Part shown: one piece after another, positions 26,227-39,300 of the stretch
Layout: the number at the start of each line of letters is the position of its first letter
Numbering within the stretch: the stretch's first letter is position 1
DNA from: Eledone cirrhosa
Lineage: Eukaryota
DNA: 64,000 nucleotides
Reading direction: 5' to 3'
NCBI GenBank assembly: GCA_964016885.1
Contig: OZ024743.1
Location: forward strand, 50,902,001 to 50,966,000
Program-made: the position numbers and the translations under genes
Notes under the pieces: model-generated
Told to the model about the DNA's origin: nothing
What the model saw: only the letters and a program-made list of their open reading frames with translations
Database searches by the model: none

Positions 26227-29200
26227 ATGGCTGATATAAGAGTTGGGTGTCTGAATGTACGCGGCCTGGGACTGTCTTGGAAACAAGGCGAACTTTTAAA
26301 CGATCTCAGGTCGCATAGAATGGATGTAATGGCTATTTGCGAGTCCAGGATCAGCAGCGAGCACCAACTGGCGCCCCTCTTCGACGACTTTGAGATCTTC
26401 GCATCTCTCTGTCAACCGGGGGGTGGGGGTGGAGTTGCCGTTCTGCTGCGAAAACACCTGGGCCTCGCCATACAGAAGGTGCACCTGGACCAGGAGGGTC
26501 AACTGGTGGTTTTAGACGTCGGCAGTAGTGAAAGTGGAGCCCTTAGACTAATTGCTGTGTACGCCCCTTTTTGGGCAGCGCGGCCGGAATACTTCCAACG
26601 TCTGGAAACTTTTCTGGGAACGTCCCGCTCCTTGCTTTTAGTGGGGGACTGGAATGGTATCCTGGATGCACGTTGGGACTATGTAGGGGCATGTGCCAAT
26701 AGAGGGGGGTGTAAAAGCCTCAAAAGGTTAATCGGCCGATTTGACCTGGCCGATAGATATCGACTAGATTTTCTGACTGTACCACTATGGACGTGGACCA
26801 ATCGCAGCGGAACATCTAGGTCGTACCTAGATAGGGTCCTAGTTAGAGAGAAGGATAGGGACACATTTAGCTGTCCAAAAATGTTCATGGTTGACTATTC
26901 GGATCACAAGTTAGTGACCTGCATAGCCAACCTTGATAGAACCCATAGACAGGGACCCGGTTACTGGAAGCTGAACTTGTCCTTACCAACAAGCAAAGCT
27001 TACAGTAAACGGATTAGCACGTTAGTTAAGCAGAGTTTGACAGGGGCAATTGTCAACAACAGGTGGTGGAGTTCTCTTAAGAGAGCAATTAGAATAGAAT
27101 CGATAGGTTTTAGTCAGGAATTAGCAAGGGATAGGAACAAGACAGAAAGGGAATTAGTAGATAGAGTAGAAGAGGCGATTAGGAGTGGCAATGTAGCCGG
27201 CGTGCTGGCATCAAGAATGGCCTTAGACCAGTTCTTTGAGGTGAAGCATGAAGGCTGCGGGTCAGGAGTAAAATACGTGCTCTGGGTAATGAGGGAGCCA
27301 AAGCTGTTAGCTGGGCCCGAGTGACAGAGGCAAAAAGTGGGAACAAGTCCACGATTCGGTCTTTGAAGGACCAGGATGGGCGTGTGATCCTTGAACCTGG
27401 GCAGATGTGTGCGGCCTTTCAGCGGCACTTTGCACGACTGTTCGAGAGGGGCGGCGCGCCGGGTGAGACTATGGATTTCAATCCATACCTCGACGGTCTG
27501 CCGCGCCTCTCGGACGCGGAGGCGAAGTCCTGCGAAAGGACGATTTCAGCTGCTGAGATAGGGGCGGCGCTGAGCCAATGCGGCAAACGCAAATCCCCGG
27601 GTCTCGATGGTCTACCATACGAGCTATATGTAGCGATGCCGGACTTGTTCTCCGATATCCTCGAAGCGGTCTACTGCAACTGGCAGCAGAACGGGAGAAT
27701 TCCCAGTTCTGTGACCAAGGGCGTAGTTACGCTGGTGAGGAAGGATGAGAACAAGGGGGATGACATAAGTAACTTCAGGCCCATAACTCTGCTAAATACA
27801 GAGTTAAAGATTTTGGCCAAGGTGTTAGCGAAGAGGTTGGCGCTTGTCGTCGGAAACCTGGTGGGAGAAGCGCAGACATGCGCAATCCCGTCCAGGTCCA
27901 TTCACGACAATCTCCACCTTATGCGATACATCATAGAGAGGTTAGGGAATGAACCCGGCTTTGGTGGGGCCCTGATCAACTTGGATCAATCTAAAGCTTT
28001 CGATAGGGTTGACCATCGTTACCTGGATGCGGTGCTCGCGGCGGCAGGCTTCAGACCCGTTTTCAGGGGTTGGATTGCTGCGATGCACAGCAGCAACGTC
28101 TGCTCAAGGGTCAAGGTGAACGGCCACCTCTCGGAGCCGTTCCAAATCATGCGATCCATCCGACAGGGATGCCCTCTCTCCTCCCTTCTGTATGTGCTGG
28201 CTCTTGAGCCACTACTGCGGAAGTTGGAGCGGTTGCAGGGCATCCCTTCGGAACCGGGATTGCAGAAAGCAGCGTCAGCCTACGCCGATGACGTGACAGT
28301 AATGGTGTCGAAAACCTCGCAAATCGGTGAGATGGGCACCTTACTGGAGGAATATGAAAGGTTTACAGGAGCCAAGCTGAACCGGGACAAGTCCGTCGGT
28401 TTGCAACTCGGAACATGGAGAGGCAAACCAATGCCCTCGAATGACGTCGTCGGATGCTGGACGGAGGGCCCGGTGAAGCTGCTTGGGGTCTGGTTCGGAC
28501 CAGACCTCCAGGTGGAGAAAAACTGGAACGAGGTAACGGCCAGGGTGTTTGCACTCACCCAGAAGTGGGCCCAGTGCAAACTATCCCTGAAAGGTCGAGC
28601 GGAGGTGGCGAATACTTATATAGCATCCGTCATCTACTACCGCTTGACCGTCGTGCCTTGCCCAGTGAAAAGACTCGCCAAAATGGAGTGCGCGCTGTTC
28701 CAATTTCTTTGGAACAAGCGGACCCCTTTGGTGAGGAGATCCATCTGCTGTCAACACCCTTCGAAAGGAGGGCTGGGGATGCCGTGGCTACAGATGCGTA
28801 AACACGCATTAAGGCTACGGCACCTCCAGGTATTCCTCACCGGTCAACCGGTGTGGGCCCCGTTTGTGAGGAGAGCCTTTCCCAGACTCGTCTCGCTCAC
28901 CGAGCTGCAATCCTGGGTCAAGCAAAGACCGAGAAAAGTGGGCGACTGGCACATTGAATGTGCCCAGGTGCTCACGGCCCTCTGGAAAGCGGACCCGGCA
29001 ATCAGTGGAGACTCCACCTCGACATTCTATAGAGGGTTGGTACGCAGCAGGTGCGACGATGTTCTCGGAGAAGCTCTAGGCATGGAGGAAGATGAACTGG
29101 CCAGTCTGTTCGGTAGGACGTTTGGCCCTGGACCGATGGACAACTTCCAAAAGTCCCTGGCTTGGCAGTGCTACCGAGGGGCTCTACCCGTTCGAGACAA

Positions 29201-29663
29201 GCTCCACAGGCATGGGAGCCTGGGTAGGGATCCTTTGAATAAGATCTGTCCGAGATGCGTGCATGACGACGAAACCGTTGCGCACGCATTCGTACACTGC
29301 CCAGGCATTGCTGACCTGTGGGGCTATGTGGAACGACTACTGTCGAGGGTGGGACCAATCCGGTTGACCACCGAGTCCATTGTCACGATCAAACCGCCTC
29401 CCCCTTTCAAAAACGAAGGAGAGGCGGTTTTTCTCTGTGTGATAGCCATGGCTAAAGAAGTTGTATGGTGGACGAGGCTGAAAGGGCTGAGGTCAGACAC
29501 CTTTCTCTCCGGCCAACAACTGGTCCCCTTTTTCAAATACCATTTTAAAAGAAGGATCAGAATGGAGAGAGAGGTGCTCTACCCCAGCAAGTTTTATGAA
29601 AGGTGGGTGAAAGTAGGGAGAATGGCCAGAGTGAATGGGTCTTCTCTCTATATCAGCCTGTAG
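26227..29663 (+). CDS. Tx1 ORF2: AP endonuclease + reverse transcriptase + C-terminal zinc finger; one frameshift near 27259
   Basis: APE motifs LNVRGL, CES, VYAP, GDWN, LDRV, SDH; RT motifs KSPGLDG, FRPITLLN, DQSKAFDRV, RQGCPLS, YADD; CPRC..ETVAHAFVHC; two track ORFs (365 and 780 aa) join across a 1-nt indel. Confidence 0.93.
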
Positions 29664-29901
29664 GTGAAAGAAGAGGAAAAAGAGGAGACGAGGGAAGCAC
29701 CTACTCTTTGTGCTCCTGAGGAGAAGGGTTGTACATTTTTTCCGGGGTGTGTGCGACCCATGTTAATGCCCCCTCCCTATTGAGGACTTCGTTTGTTGTT
29801 GTTATTTCATTGTTATATTTTTGTACTCGGTAATTATATGTAAACTTCCCCCCTTGTATCTGTCCCTACCTTTTGTGCCCTAGTGGCAAATAAAGAAATC
29901 A

Positions 29902-31101
29902 CTATATATACTATTGTATTTTCACAATAAAGGCTTTACCTCACATAATATCTAACATACCATTTACATTACTCTATATATACTATTATATTTTCACTGT
30001 AAAGTCTTTACCTTACATAATATCTCACATAACATTTACATTACTCTATATATACTATTGTATTTTCACAGTAAAGACTTTACTTTATATAATATCTCAC
30101 ATAACATTTACATTACTCTATATCTACTATTGTATTTTCACAGTAAAGACTTTACTTTATATAATATCTCACATAACATTTACATTACTCTATATATACT
30201 ATTGTATTTTCACAGTAAAGGATTTACCTCACATAATATCTCACATAACATTTACATTACTCTATATATACTATTGTATTTTCACAGTAAAGGATTTACC
30301 TCACATAATATCTCACATAACATTTACATTACTCTATATATACTATTGTATTTTCACAGTAAAGGATTTACCTCACATAATATCTCACATAACATTTACA
30401 TTACTCTATATATACTTTGTATTTTCACAGTAAAGACTTTACTTTATATAATATCTCACATAACATTTACATTACTCTATATCTACTATTGTATTTTCAC
30501 AGTAAAGACTTTACTTTATATAATATCTCACATAACATTTACATTACTCTATATATACTATTGTATTTTCACAGTAAAGACTTTACTTTATATAATATCT
30601 CACATAACATTTACATTACTCTATATATACTATTGTATTTTCACAGTAAAGGATTTACCTCACATAATATCTCACATAACATTTACATTACTCTATATAT
30701 ACTATTGTATTTTCACAGTAAAGGATTTACCTCACATAATATCTCACATAACATTTACATTACTCTATATATACTATTGTATTTTCACAGTAAAGGATTT
30801 ACCTCACATAATATCTCACATAACATTTACATTACTCTATATATACTATTGTATTTTCATGGTAAAGGATTTACCTCACATAATATCTCACATAACATTT
30901 ACATTACTCTATATATACTATTGTATTTTCACAGTAAAGGATTTACCTCACATAATATCTCACATAACATTTACATTACTCTATATATACTTTTATATTT
31001 TCACAGTAAAGTCTTTACCTCACATAATATCTCACATAACATTTACATTACTCTATATTTACTATTGTATTTTCACAGGAAAGGATTTACCTCACATAAT
31101 A
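29902..31101. repeat. 72-bp array, right part (~17 units)
   Basis: Same unit as the left part; runs into the MITE 3' body atcgaatctatgagattttgagaacaatacc. Confidence 0.97.
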
Positions 31102-32482
31102 TCGAATCTATGAGATTTTGAGAACAATACCTTAACATCAGTATGAGTGGCCAGTTGCAACTAGTTTAAATGTTAAAAGGTTAATGATTTCTACAATCCA
31201 CTGCTAGTTGTAATAACAACACTACATTTGCTATCTCTGTATTTTCCAAAAGTCATATTACTATAGTAATATGACACTTGACCTAGGTACCACACAGTGG
31301 AAGTGAGCCCAAAACTATGTTTGTCAAAGTCCTCAACTGCACAGCCATGTTTACTATAGATGACAGCTATATTTATTTATATCCTCTTTAATTAATTAAG
31401 CATTTGTTGTATTGTTTAATTATTTTTGATAGTAAAACAGCGTGGCTAGTGAGAGAACAGCCTGTTCTATTGTAAACAGCCTGTTCTCTTTAACTGTCAG
31501 CATGCACCAGTTGTTACATGAATAGTGGAACAATGACATTGTTTTATTGTATAGCTTCAAGTACAAGTTGCACAATAGCAATTAAATTTTTACACTCAAA
31601 TGCACATTTTTACAGTTGTAGAATTGCAGTTAAAGCAAATCCTCTTTTACTCTCAAAATAATTGTTACCATCTTTTCTTTATATAACTTACACATTTCAC
31701 TTACTTTTTTGTATACTCACACATACATATATGCATGTATACAAATCTACATGTACATTTCTATATATACATACTTACATTAATGTAATGAAATATACTG
31801 TACACATCATCATCATCATCATCATCATTTAACGTCCATTTTCCATGCTTGCATAGGTTCATAATACTATTTCACAGTGTTTTCATGGTGCCACCAGTAT
31901 GACGGGGTGAACTGGGTGCTTTTTTATTCATTTTTTTTTCATGACACCAACACTACCACCTTTCAGTATGAGTTGGGTGCATTTTACCATGACACCAATA
32001 CAACCACTTTACAGAGTAGGCTGGGTGCCTTTTATCGTGACACCTGCATTACATTATAATGTAATGTATGTATGCCGTATACATTAATGTAATGTATATA
32101 TATATAATCATCATCATCATTTTAATGTTCACTTTCCCTGCTAGCAAGGGTTGGACGGGTCCATACGGACCAAGTCAGTACTGAAGCAGAGCCACTGATC
32201 TCCCAGGCAGGCCAGGGATCTGTGACTCGCTTATGTAGGGTCTCACATTCCACTGAGTGCTCAGGAGAGGTTGTCATGTCTTTCACACAACTCTGGGTCC
32301 TCCCAACCCTTTGTTTGGAAAATCTTTTATAGCTGGATGCCCTTCCTATCACCAACCACTGTACATGTACTGGGTGTGTTTATCGTGTCACCAATACCAG
32401 AGAGTTTGTCATGTCCTTCACACATATTTACACACATCAATGTAATGTGACCTTCAAAATATTATTTACATAAAGTTCTATG

Positions 32483-32800
32483 AGTACAAGCCGAAGCTGA
32501 AGCATATAGACAATATGCCCCCACCCTCTCCCACTGCAAAGTGGTCGTGGAGGTGCCACGGCAAAAAAGCACCCAGCCCACACTGTAAAGTGGACGTGAA
32601 GGCACCACGGAAAATAGCACCCAGCACTCACTGTAAATGGGGTTGGTGTTAGGAAGGGCATCCAGCTGTAGAAATCAAGCCAGAATCAGTTCCCGTAAGA
32701 GCAAGACAAGGTCAGCTGACTGGACACTGCCCATAACAGGACAACCCGTCTAACCCATGCTAGCGTGGAAGAACGGACGTAAAATGGTGATGATGATGAT
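32483..32800 (+). mobile_element. 5'-truncated RTE 3'UTR
   Basis: aagctgaagcatatagacaatatgcccc..ctaacccatgctagcgtggaagaacggacg(gat)n. Confidence 0.8.
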
Positions 32801-32884
32801 GTCTTATGTTCTAAGAATTTTTCTAATTTTGCTGTACTCTTCTTCCCATGGGACTATTAATTCAATCAGGATTATCTTATCCAT

Positions 32885-33375
32885 CCTTTCATCTGGCCTC
32901 AAGAATATTTGAAGATCCTGAGGGAACTGCAACCTACTTCCCAGGTCAACCCTCATATCCCATGATTAGGCCATTTGTAGGTCACATGTTCTAAAGATGA
33001 CATCTCTTTCACAAACTTGATTGATGCTGTCACTTTCCTCTCTATTTCGTGTTCCCTACATCTTCATCCAGAGTGCAGTATGATCATGGTGCCATCTGTA
33101 TCTCCCTTGGAGCTGTTTTACATCCTCATAAAATATAACATGGTGCCTATTTTTCCACAGAGTTTACATGATTCAACCTCCCTCATGCCCCTCCTGGGGT
33201 CAGTAACCTATCATACACTGATTACAACAGGAAGAAGATTCGGAAAGGTTCCAATCTTCCTCTAAGGGAGGTTCCATTTAGTCCAGACTTCCTGGGATGC
33301 TAGTTCCACAGCCCTTCATTTTTGTCCTTCCCGCTCCTGGGCCTGCACTTCATCCTGGATCATAGCTCTCCTCTT
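32885..33375 (-). mobile_element. Decayed HERO-like (RLE-type) non-LTR fragment
   Basis: Minus strand RAVELASQ.VWTKWNLP, FRI.FLL.SVYD, CKLCGKIGT, GRYRWHHD, VDLGSRLQFP..LRPD. Confidence 0.65.
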
Positions 33376-33407
33376 TTTTTTTAATTGATTATATAGAAGC
33401 ATAAGAG

Positions 33408-33700
33408 GGTCATGGCTTAGTGGTTAGAGCATTGGGCTTGCAATCGAAAGGTTGCGAGTTCAATTCTCGGACCGGGTGATGTGTTCCTTGAGCAAGACAC
33501 TTTATTTCACGTTGCTCCAGTTTACTCAGCTGTAGAAATGAGATGATAGGACTGGGGTCCCTATCATTAAATTACCCAAGACACCTCCGACGAGAAATAC
33601 CCTGGAGGAGGCCAGCTAAACCTGCATAGGTGTGAGTTGTCACATCAGCTAAAAAGTTCATAAGCTGACAAGATACTCTCATGGAATGACCAAATGAGGT
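33408..33700 (+). mobile_element. CORE-like SINE with another distinct tail
   Basis: Same tRNA head and core; diverges after gggtccctatcatt. Confidence 0.7.
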
Positions 33701-33863
33701 TTATTTTTCAATATAGTCCATAGAAAGAAACAATGCAGTTACTGGTAAAGAGAGTTGAAATTAATGCATGCAAGATTTCACAGCTTTAGTATCACTTCTT
33801 CATGGTCAGCCTATGAGTGTTTCAGCCGATCACCATATCAGATAATTATATACAAGTATATAA

Positions 33864-34352
33864 TATCATCATCACCGTTTTTAAATGTTTTTCCACGCTT
33901 GCACTGATTGGGCAAGTCCTTTTGAGTACAGCATCTCTCCATTCACCACGTTCCTTCATCATCTTCTCTGTGAGTTTCAGCAATTTGAAATCGGCTCTCA
34001 CCACCTCTGCTCTTCTTGGTTTACCTCTACTGCAGCTTCCTTCTACTGGGATTTCTTGGCACTTCTTCACACAGTCATCATTATCCATGCACTTCACATG
34101 TTCATACCAACAGTCTTCTCTCTTGCACACCACTTTGGATTCCTCTTGAACCCAGTTTCGCCTTCTGTTCATCCAAGCTCTGCCTTTCTATCCCATTTAC
34201 ATTGCCCATCCAACAAAGTATGTTAGCCTCTTTTCTCTCCAGTCTATGCATGTCCTCAGCAGTCACTTCCCATGTTTTACTACCATGCAACACCGTACTT
34301 CACACACAGTCATCCTTTTCTACATAAGGAGAAACCTTTTGTTATCATCAGT
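33864..34352 (-). mobile_element. RTE 3' fragment
   Basis: LHGSKTW..RLER..WYEHV..GKPRR ORF remnants. Confidence 0.8.
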
Positions 34353-34511
34353 AGGATATATTCAAGTATATAATACACTAGATTATACACAAGTGTATAT
34401 TATATTACGTGATATATGAGTATGTAATACAATAGGATATGATATAAAATTGTATATTAGACAGATATATGTAATAATTTAAAAACCTTCCTGTAGTAAG
34501 TTTTCATTTAA

Positions 34512-34730
34512 CCCTTTAGCATTTAAACAGGCCATATCCAGCCAGAATTCTCTCACCTATTTCTCTTCAAACTTGCCGTAACTTGCCACTCATACTGATG
34601 TTAAGGTATTGTTCACAAAATGAATAATATCAAAATCTCATAGATTTGATATTATGAGATAATTATGTGAGGTAAAACCATTACTGTGAAAATATAATAG
34701 TATATATAAAGTAATGTAAATGTTAAAGGG
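34512..34730 (-). mobile_element. piggyBac-type MITE (219 bp)
   Basis: TTAA|ccctttagcattta ... taaatgttaaaggg|TTAA. Confidence 0.9.
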
Positions 34731-34948
34731 TTAATACAGACTAACTAGCAGTAGTACCTTACATTGCTCTGAAGAAAGATGTCACCCAGTGGATAATTTG
34801 CTGGTAAATAATAATTGCAACTCTGCATACATATATTTTTAGAAGCATGTTTATATTCAGAATCTGTGTCTTTACCTTTGTCCCATAGCATAGTACTACT
34901 TTGGAAAATAGAAATTGATAAGTAATAAATTAAAATATGTATTGGCCT

Positions 34949-35302
34949 GGCAATATCACCAGCTTTGTAACAACCTACTTTTCACATCTGGTCAGGCAAT
35001 ATCACCAGCTTTGTAACAACCTACTTTTCACATCTGGTCAGGCAATATCACCAGTTTTCTAACAACCTAATGTTCACATCTGGTCAACAGGCAATATCAC
35101 CAGCTTTCTAACAACCTACTTTTCACATCTGGTCAGGCAATATCACCAGCTTTCTAACAACCTACTTTTCACATCTGGCCTGGCAATATCACCAGTTTTC
35201 TAACAACCTAATTTTCACATCTGGTCAGCAGGCACTATCACCAGCTTTCTAACAACCTACTTTTCACATCTGGTCAGGCACTATCACCAGCTTTCTAACA
35301 AC
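34949..35302. repeat. 46-bp minisatellite, ~8 units
   Basis: ggcaatatcaccagctttctaacaacctacttttcacatctggtca. Confidence 0.93.
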
Positions 35303-35471
35303 TCAGTTCATACTAAAAGCAATAACTTAACTGTCTCTTTCAGAATTACTAGGAAAAATCAATCAGATTTGTTCTTGGTTGTAGAATAGAAAGTGTTTTT
35401 TTCTGGGAGGAGGATGGTGTGGTTTATAATTCTTAGCACATTCCAGCCTCAGTTTTGTGAGGAGAGGACAG

Positions 35472-35911
35472 TCATCATCATCATTATCACCATTTTACGT
35501 CCGTTCTTCCACGCTAGCATGGGTTAGACAGGTTGTCCTGTTGTGGGCAGTGTCCGGTCAGCTGACCTTGTCTTGCTCTTACGGGAACTGATTCTGGCTT
35601 GATTTCTACAGCCCTTCCTAACACCAACCTCATTTACAGTGAGTGCTGGGTGCTTTTTTTTCCGTGGTGCCTACACAACCACTTTACAGTGTGGGCTGGG
35701 TGCTTTTTTGCTGTGGCACCTCCACGACCACTTTACAGTGGAATGATAGGGACCCCAGTCCTATCATCTCATTTCTACAGCTGAGTAAACTAGAGCAATG
35801 TGAAATAAAGTGTCTTGCTCAAGGAAACAACACACCACCCGGTCTGAGAATTGAACTCACAACCTTTCAATTACAAGCCCAATGCTCTAACCACTAAGCC
35901 ATGCGCCTTCA
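35472..35911 (-). mobile_element. Full-length tRNA-CORE-RTE SINE (long tail B)
   Basis: Head gaaggcgcatggcttagtggttagagc, core, RTE 3'UTR, tail ctaacccatgctagcgtgg. Confidence 0.85.
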
Positions 35912-36328
35912 CAGTGTGGTTTATAATTCTTAGCTCATTCCAGCCTCATCTTTGCGGGAGGACAGTATGGTTTATAATTCTTAGCTCATTCCTGCCTCAT
36001 TAAGTTCTATCAAGAGAACTGGAAGGTTGTTTTCTAGTATATTTTTAGGGCACATTTATGGTTTGGTGAAATATATTTTATGTTGATGATGATGATGATG
36101 TTTTATGAAATTCCATAGCTATGTAGTTGGTTGGGTGCATGTGTCTTCGCAGTCATTTGGTTCTAGGTTTGATCCCCATGCATGACATCTTGAGCAAGTG
36201 TTATTTACCATAGTTTCAGGTCAGTCCATGCCAAAGTAGTGAAATTGGGTACATAGAAACTATCAGTAGGCTCACAGGATGGAGTGTGCCTGTAATTTAA
36301 AGAGCCAGCCTTGTCAAACAATGTCTGA

Positions 36329-39300
36329 TACTGTAATATAATGTCAATAAAACCCCTATTACTATGTCTATCATTGTAATATAGTGTCAGTAAGACCTCT
36401 ACTGTAATATGGTGTCAATAAGACTTCTACTGTAATATGGTGTCAATAAGACTTCTACTGTAATATAGTGTCAATAAGACTTCTACTGTAATATGGTGTC
36501 AATAAGACTTCTACTGTAATATAGTGTCAGTAAGACTTCTACTGTAATATAGTGTCAATAAGACTTCTACTGTAATATGGTGTCAATAAGACTTCTACTG
36601 TAATATAGTGTCAATAAGATCTCTACTGTAATATAGTGTCAATAAGATCTCTACTGTAATATGGTGTCAATAAGACCTCTACTGTAATATGGTGTCAATA
36701 AGACCTCTACTGTAATATGGTGTCAATGAGACCTATACTATAATATATTGTCAATAAGACCTCTACTGTAATATGGTGTTAATAAGACCTCTACTGTAAT
36801 ATGGTGTCAACTAGACCTCTACTGTAATGTGGTGTCAATAAGACCTCTACTGTAATATGGTGTCAATAAGACGTCTATTACTGTAATATGGTGTCAATAA
36901 GATCTCTACTGTAATATGGTGCCAACGCGACCTCTACTGTAATATGGTGTCAATAAGACCTCTACTGCAATATGGTGTCAATAAGACCTCTACTGTAATA
37001 TAGTGTCAATAAGACCTCTATTACTGTAATATGGTGACAATAAGACCTCTACTGTAAGGTGCTGTCAATAAGACCTCTACTGTAATATAGTGTCAATAAG
37101 ACCTCTACTGTAATATAGTGTCAACAAGACCTCTACTGTAATATTGTGTCAATAACACCTCTACTGTAATATAGTGTCAATAAGACCTCTACTATAATGT
37201 AGTGTCAATAAGACCTCTACTATAACATGGTGTCAATAAGACCTCTACTGTAATATGGTGTCAACAAGACCTATGCTGTAATATGGTGTCAATAAAACCT
37301 CTACTGTAATATGGTGTATATAGGACCTATGCTATAATATGGTGTCAACAAGACCTCTACTGTTATATGGTGCCAACAAGACCTCTACTGTAATATGGTG
37401 TCAATAAGACCTCTACTGTAATGTAGTGTCAATAAGACCTCTACTGTAATATAGTGTCAATAAGACCTCTATTGCTGTAATATGGTGACAATAAAACATC
37501 TACTGTAATATAGTGTCAATAAGACCTCTACTGTAATGTAGTGTCAATAAGACCTCTACTGTAATATTGTGTCAATAAAACCTCTACTGTAATATGGTGT
37601 CAATAAGACCTCTACTGTAATATAGTGTCAATAAGACCTCTACTGTAATATAGTGTCAATAAGACCTCTACTGTAATATAGTGTCAATAAAATCTCTACT
37701 GTAATATGGTGTCAACAAGACCTCTACTGTAATATAGTGTCAATAAGACCTCTACTGTAATGTAGTGTCAATAAGACCTCTACTATAATATGGTGTCAAT
37801 AAGACCTCTACTGTAATATAGTGTCAATAAGACTTCTACTGTAATATAGTGTCAATGACACCTTTACTGTAATTAGTGTCAATAAGACCTCTACTGTAAT
37901 GTAGTGTCAATAAGACCTCTACTTTAATTTAGTGTCAATAAGACCTCTACTATAATATGGTGTCAATAAGACCTCTACTCTAATATGGTGTCAATAAGAC
38001 CTCTACTGTAATATAGTGTCAATAAGACCTCTACTGTAATATAGTGTCAATAAGACCTCTACTGTAATATAGTGTCAATAAGACTTCTACTGTAATATAG
38101 TGTCAATGACACCTTTACTGTAATTAGTGTCAATAAGACCTCTACTGTAATGTAGTGTCAATAAGACCTCTACTTTAATTTAGTGTCAATAAAACCTCTA
38201 CTGTAATATGGTGTCAATAAGACCTCTACTGTAATATGGTGTCAATAAGACCTCTACTTTAATGTAGTGTCAATAAAACCTCTACTGTAATATGGTGTCA
38301 ATAAGACCTCTACTGTAATATTGTGTCAATAAGACCTCTACTGTAATATAGTGTCAATAAGACCTCTACTGTAATATGGTGTCAATAAGACCTCTACTGT
38401 AATATAGTGTCAATGAGACCTCTACTGTAATATGGTGACAATAAGACTTCTACTGTAATATAGTGTCAATAAGACCTCTACTGTAATATAGTGTCAATAA
38501 GACCTCTACTTTAATGTAGTGACAATAAGACCTCTACTGTAATATAGTGTCAATAAGACCTCTACTATAATATGGTGTCAATAAGACCTCTACTGTAATG
38601 TAGTGTCAATAAGACCTCTACTGCAATATAGTGTCAATAAGACCTCTACTATAATATGGTGTCAATAAGACCTCTACTGTAATATAGTGTCAATAAGACC
38701 TCTACTGCAATATAGTGTCAATAAGACTTCTACTATAATATGGTGTCAATAAGACCTCTACTGCAATATTGTGTCAATGAGACCTCTACTGTAATATTTT
38801 GTCAATGAGACCTCTACTGTAATATAGTGTCAATAAGACCTCTACTGTAATGTAGTGTCAATAAGACCTCTACTGTAATATGGTGACAATAAGACCTCTA
38901 CTGTAATATAGTGTCAATGAGACCTCTACTGTAATATAGTGTCAATAAGACCTCTACTGCAATATAGGGTCAATAAGATCTCTACTGTAATATGGTGACA
39001 ATAAGACCTCTACTGTAATATAGTGTCAATAAGACCTCTACTGCAATATTGTGTCAATAAGACCTCTACTGTAATATAGTGTCAATAAGACCTCTACTGC
39101 AATATTGTGTCAATAAGACCTCTACTGTAATATAGTGTCAATGAGACCTCTACTGTAATATAGTGTCAATAAGACCTCTACTGCAATATTGTGTCAATAA
39201 GACCTCTACTGCAATATTGTGTCAATAAGACCTCTAATGAAATGTTTATTACTGTAATATGGTTCTATAAGACCTCTAATACAATGTCTGTTACTGTAAT
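36329..39300. repeat. 28-bp satellite, ~105 units
   Basis: tactgtaatatagtgtcaataagacctc; period read directly (37641 to 37669). Confidence 0.97.

Larger units (their letters stand above)
24281..29901 (+). mobile_element. Near full-length Tx1/L1-clade non-LTR retrotransposon
   Basis: 5'UTR, ORF1 with CCHC knuckle, APE-RT ORF2, 3'UTR with AATAAA at 29889; ORF2 is GC/CpG-rich relative to the flanks. Confidence 0.93.
23922..31180 (+). mobile_element. piggyBac-type MITE expanded by an internal 72-bp array and carrying a Tx1-clade LINE (composite)
   Basis: TTAA-ccctttaccattta at 23918 and taaatgttaaaagg-TTAA ending 31184; ends match the simple MITE copies at 49224 and 50489. Confidence 0.85.

Noticed and set aside
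24218-29963. 62-bp target-site duplication around the Tx1 element
   Set aside because: The apparent duplication is just adjacent array units and differs at several positions; a 10-bp deletion is the simpler reading.
30058-31121. 351-aa and 234-aa repetitive ORFs
   Set aside because: Translation of the 72-bp array.
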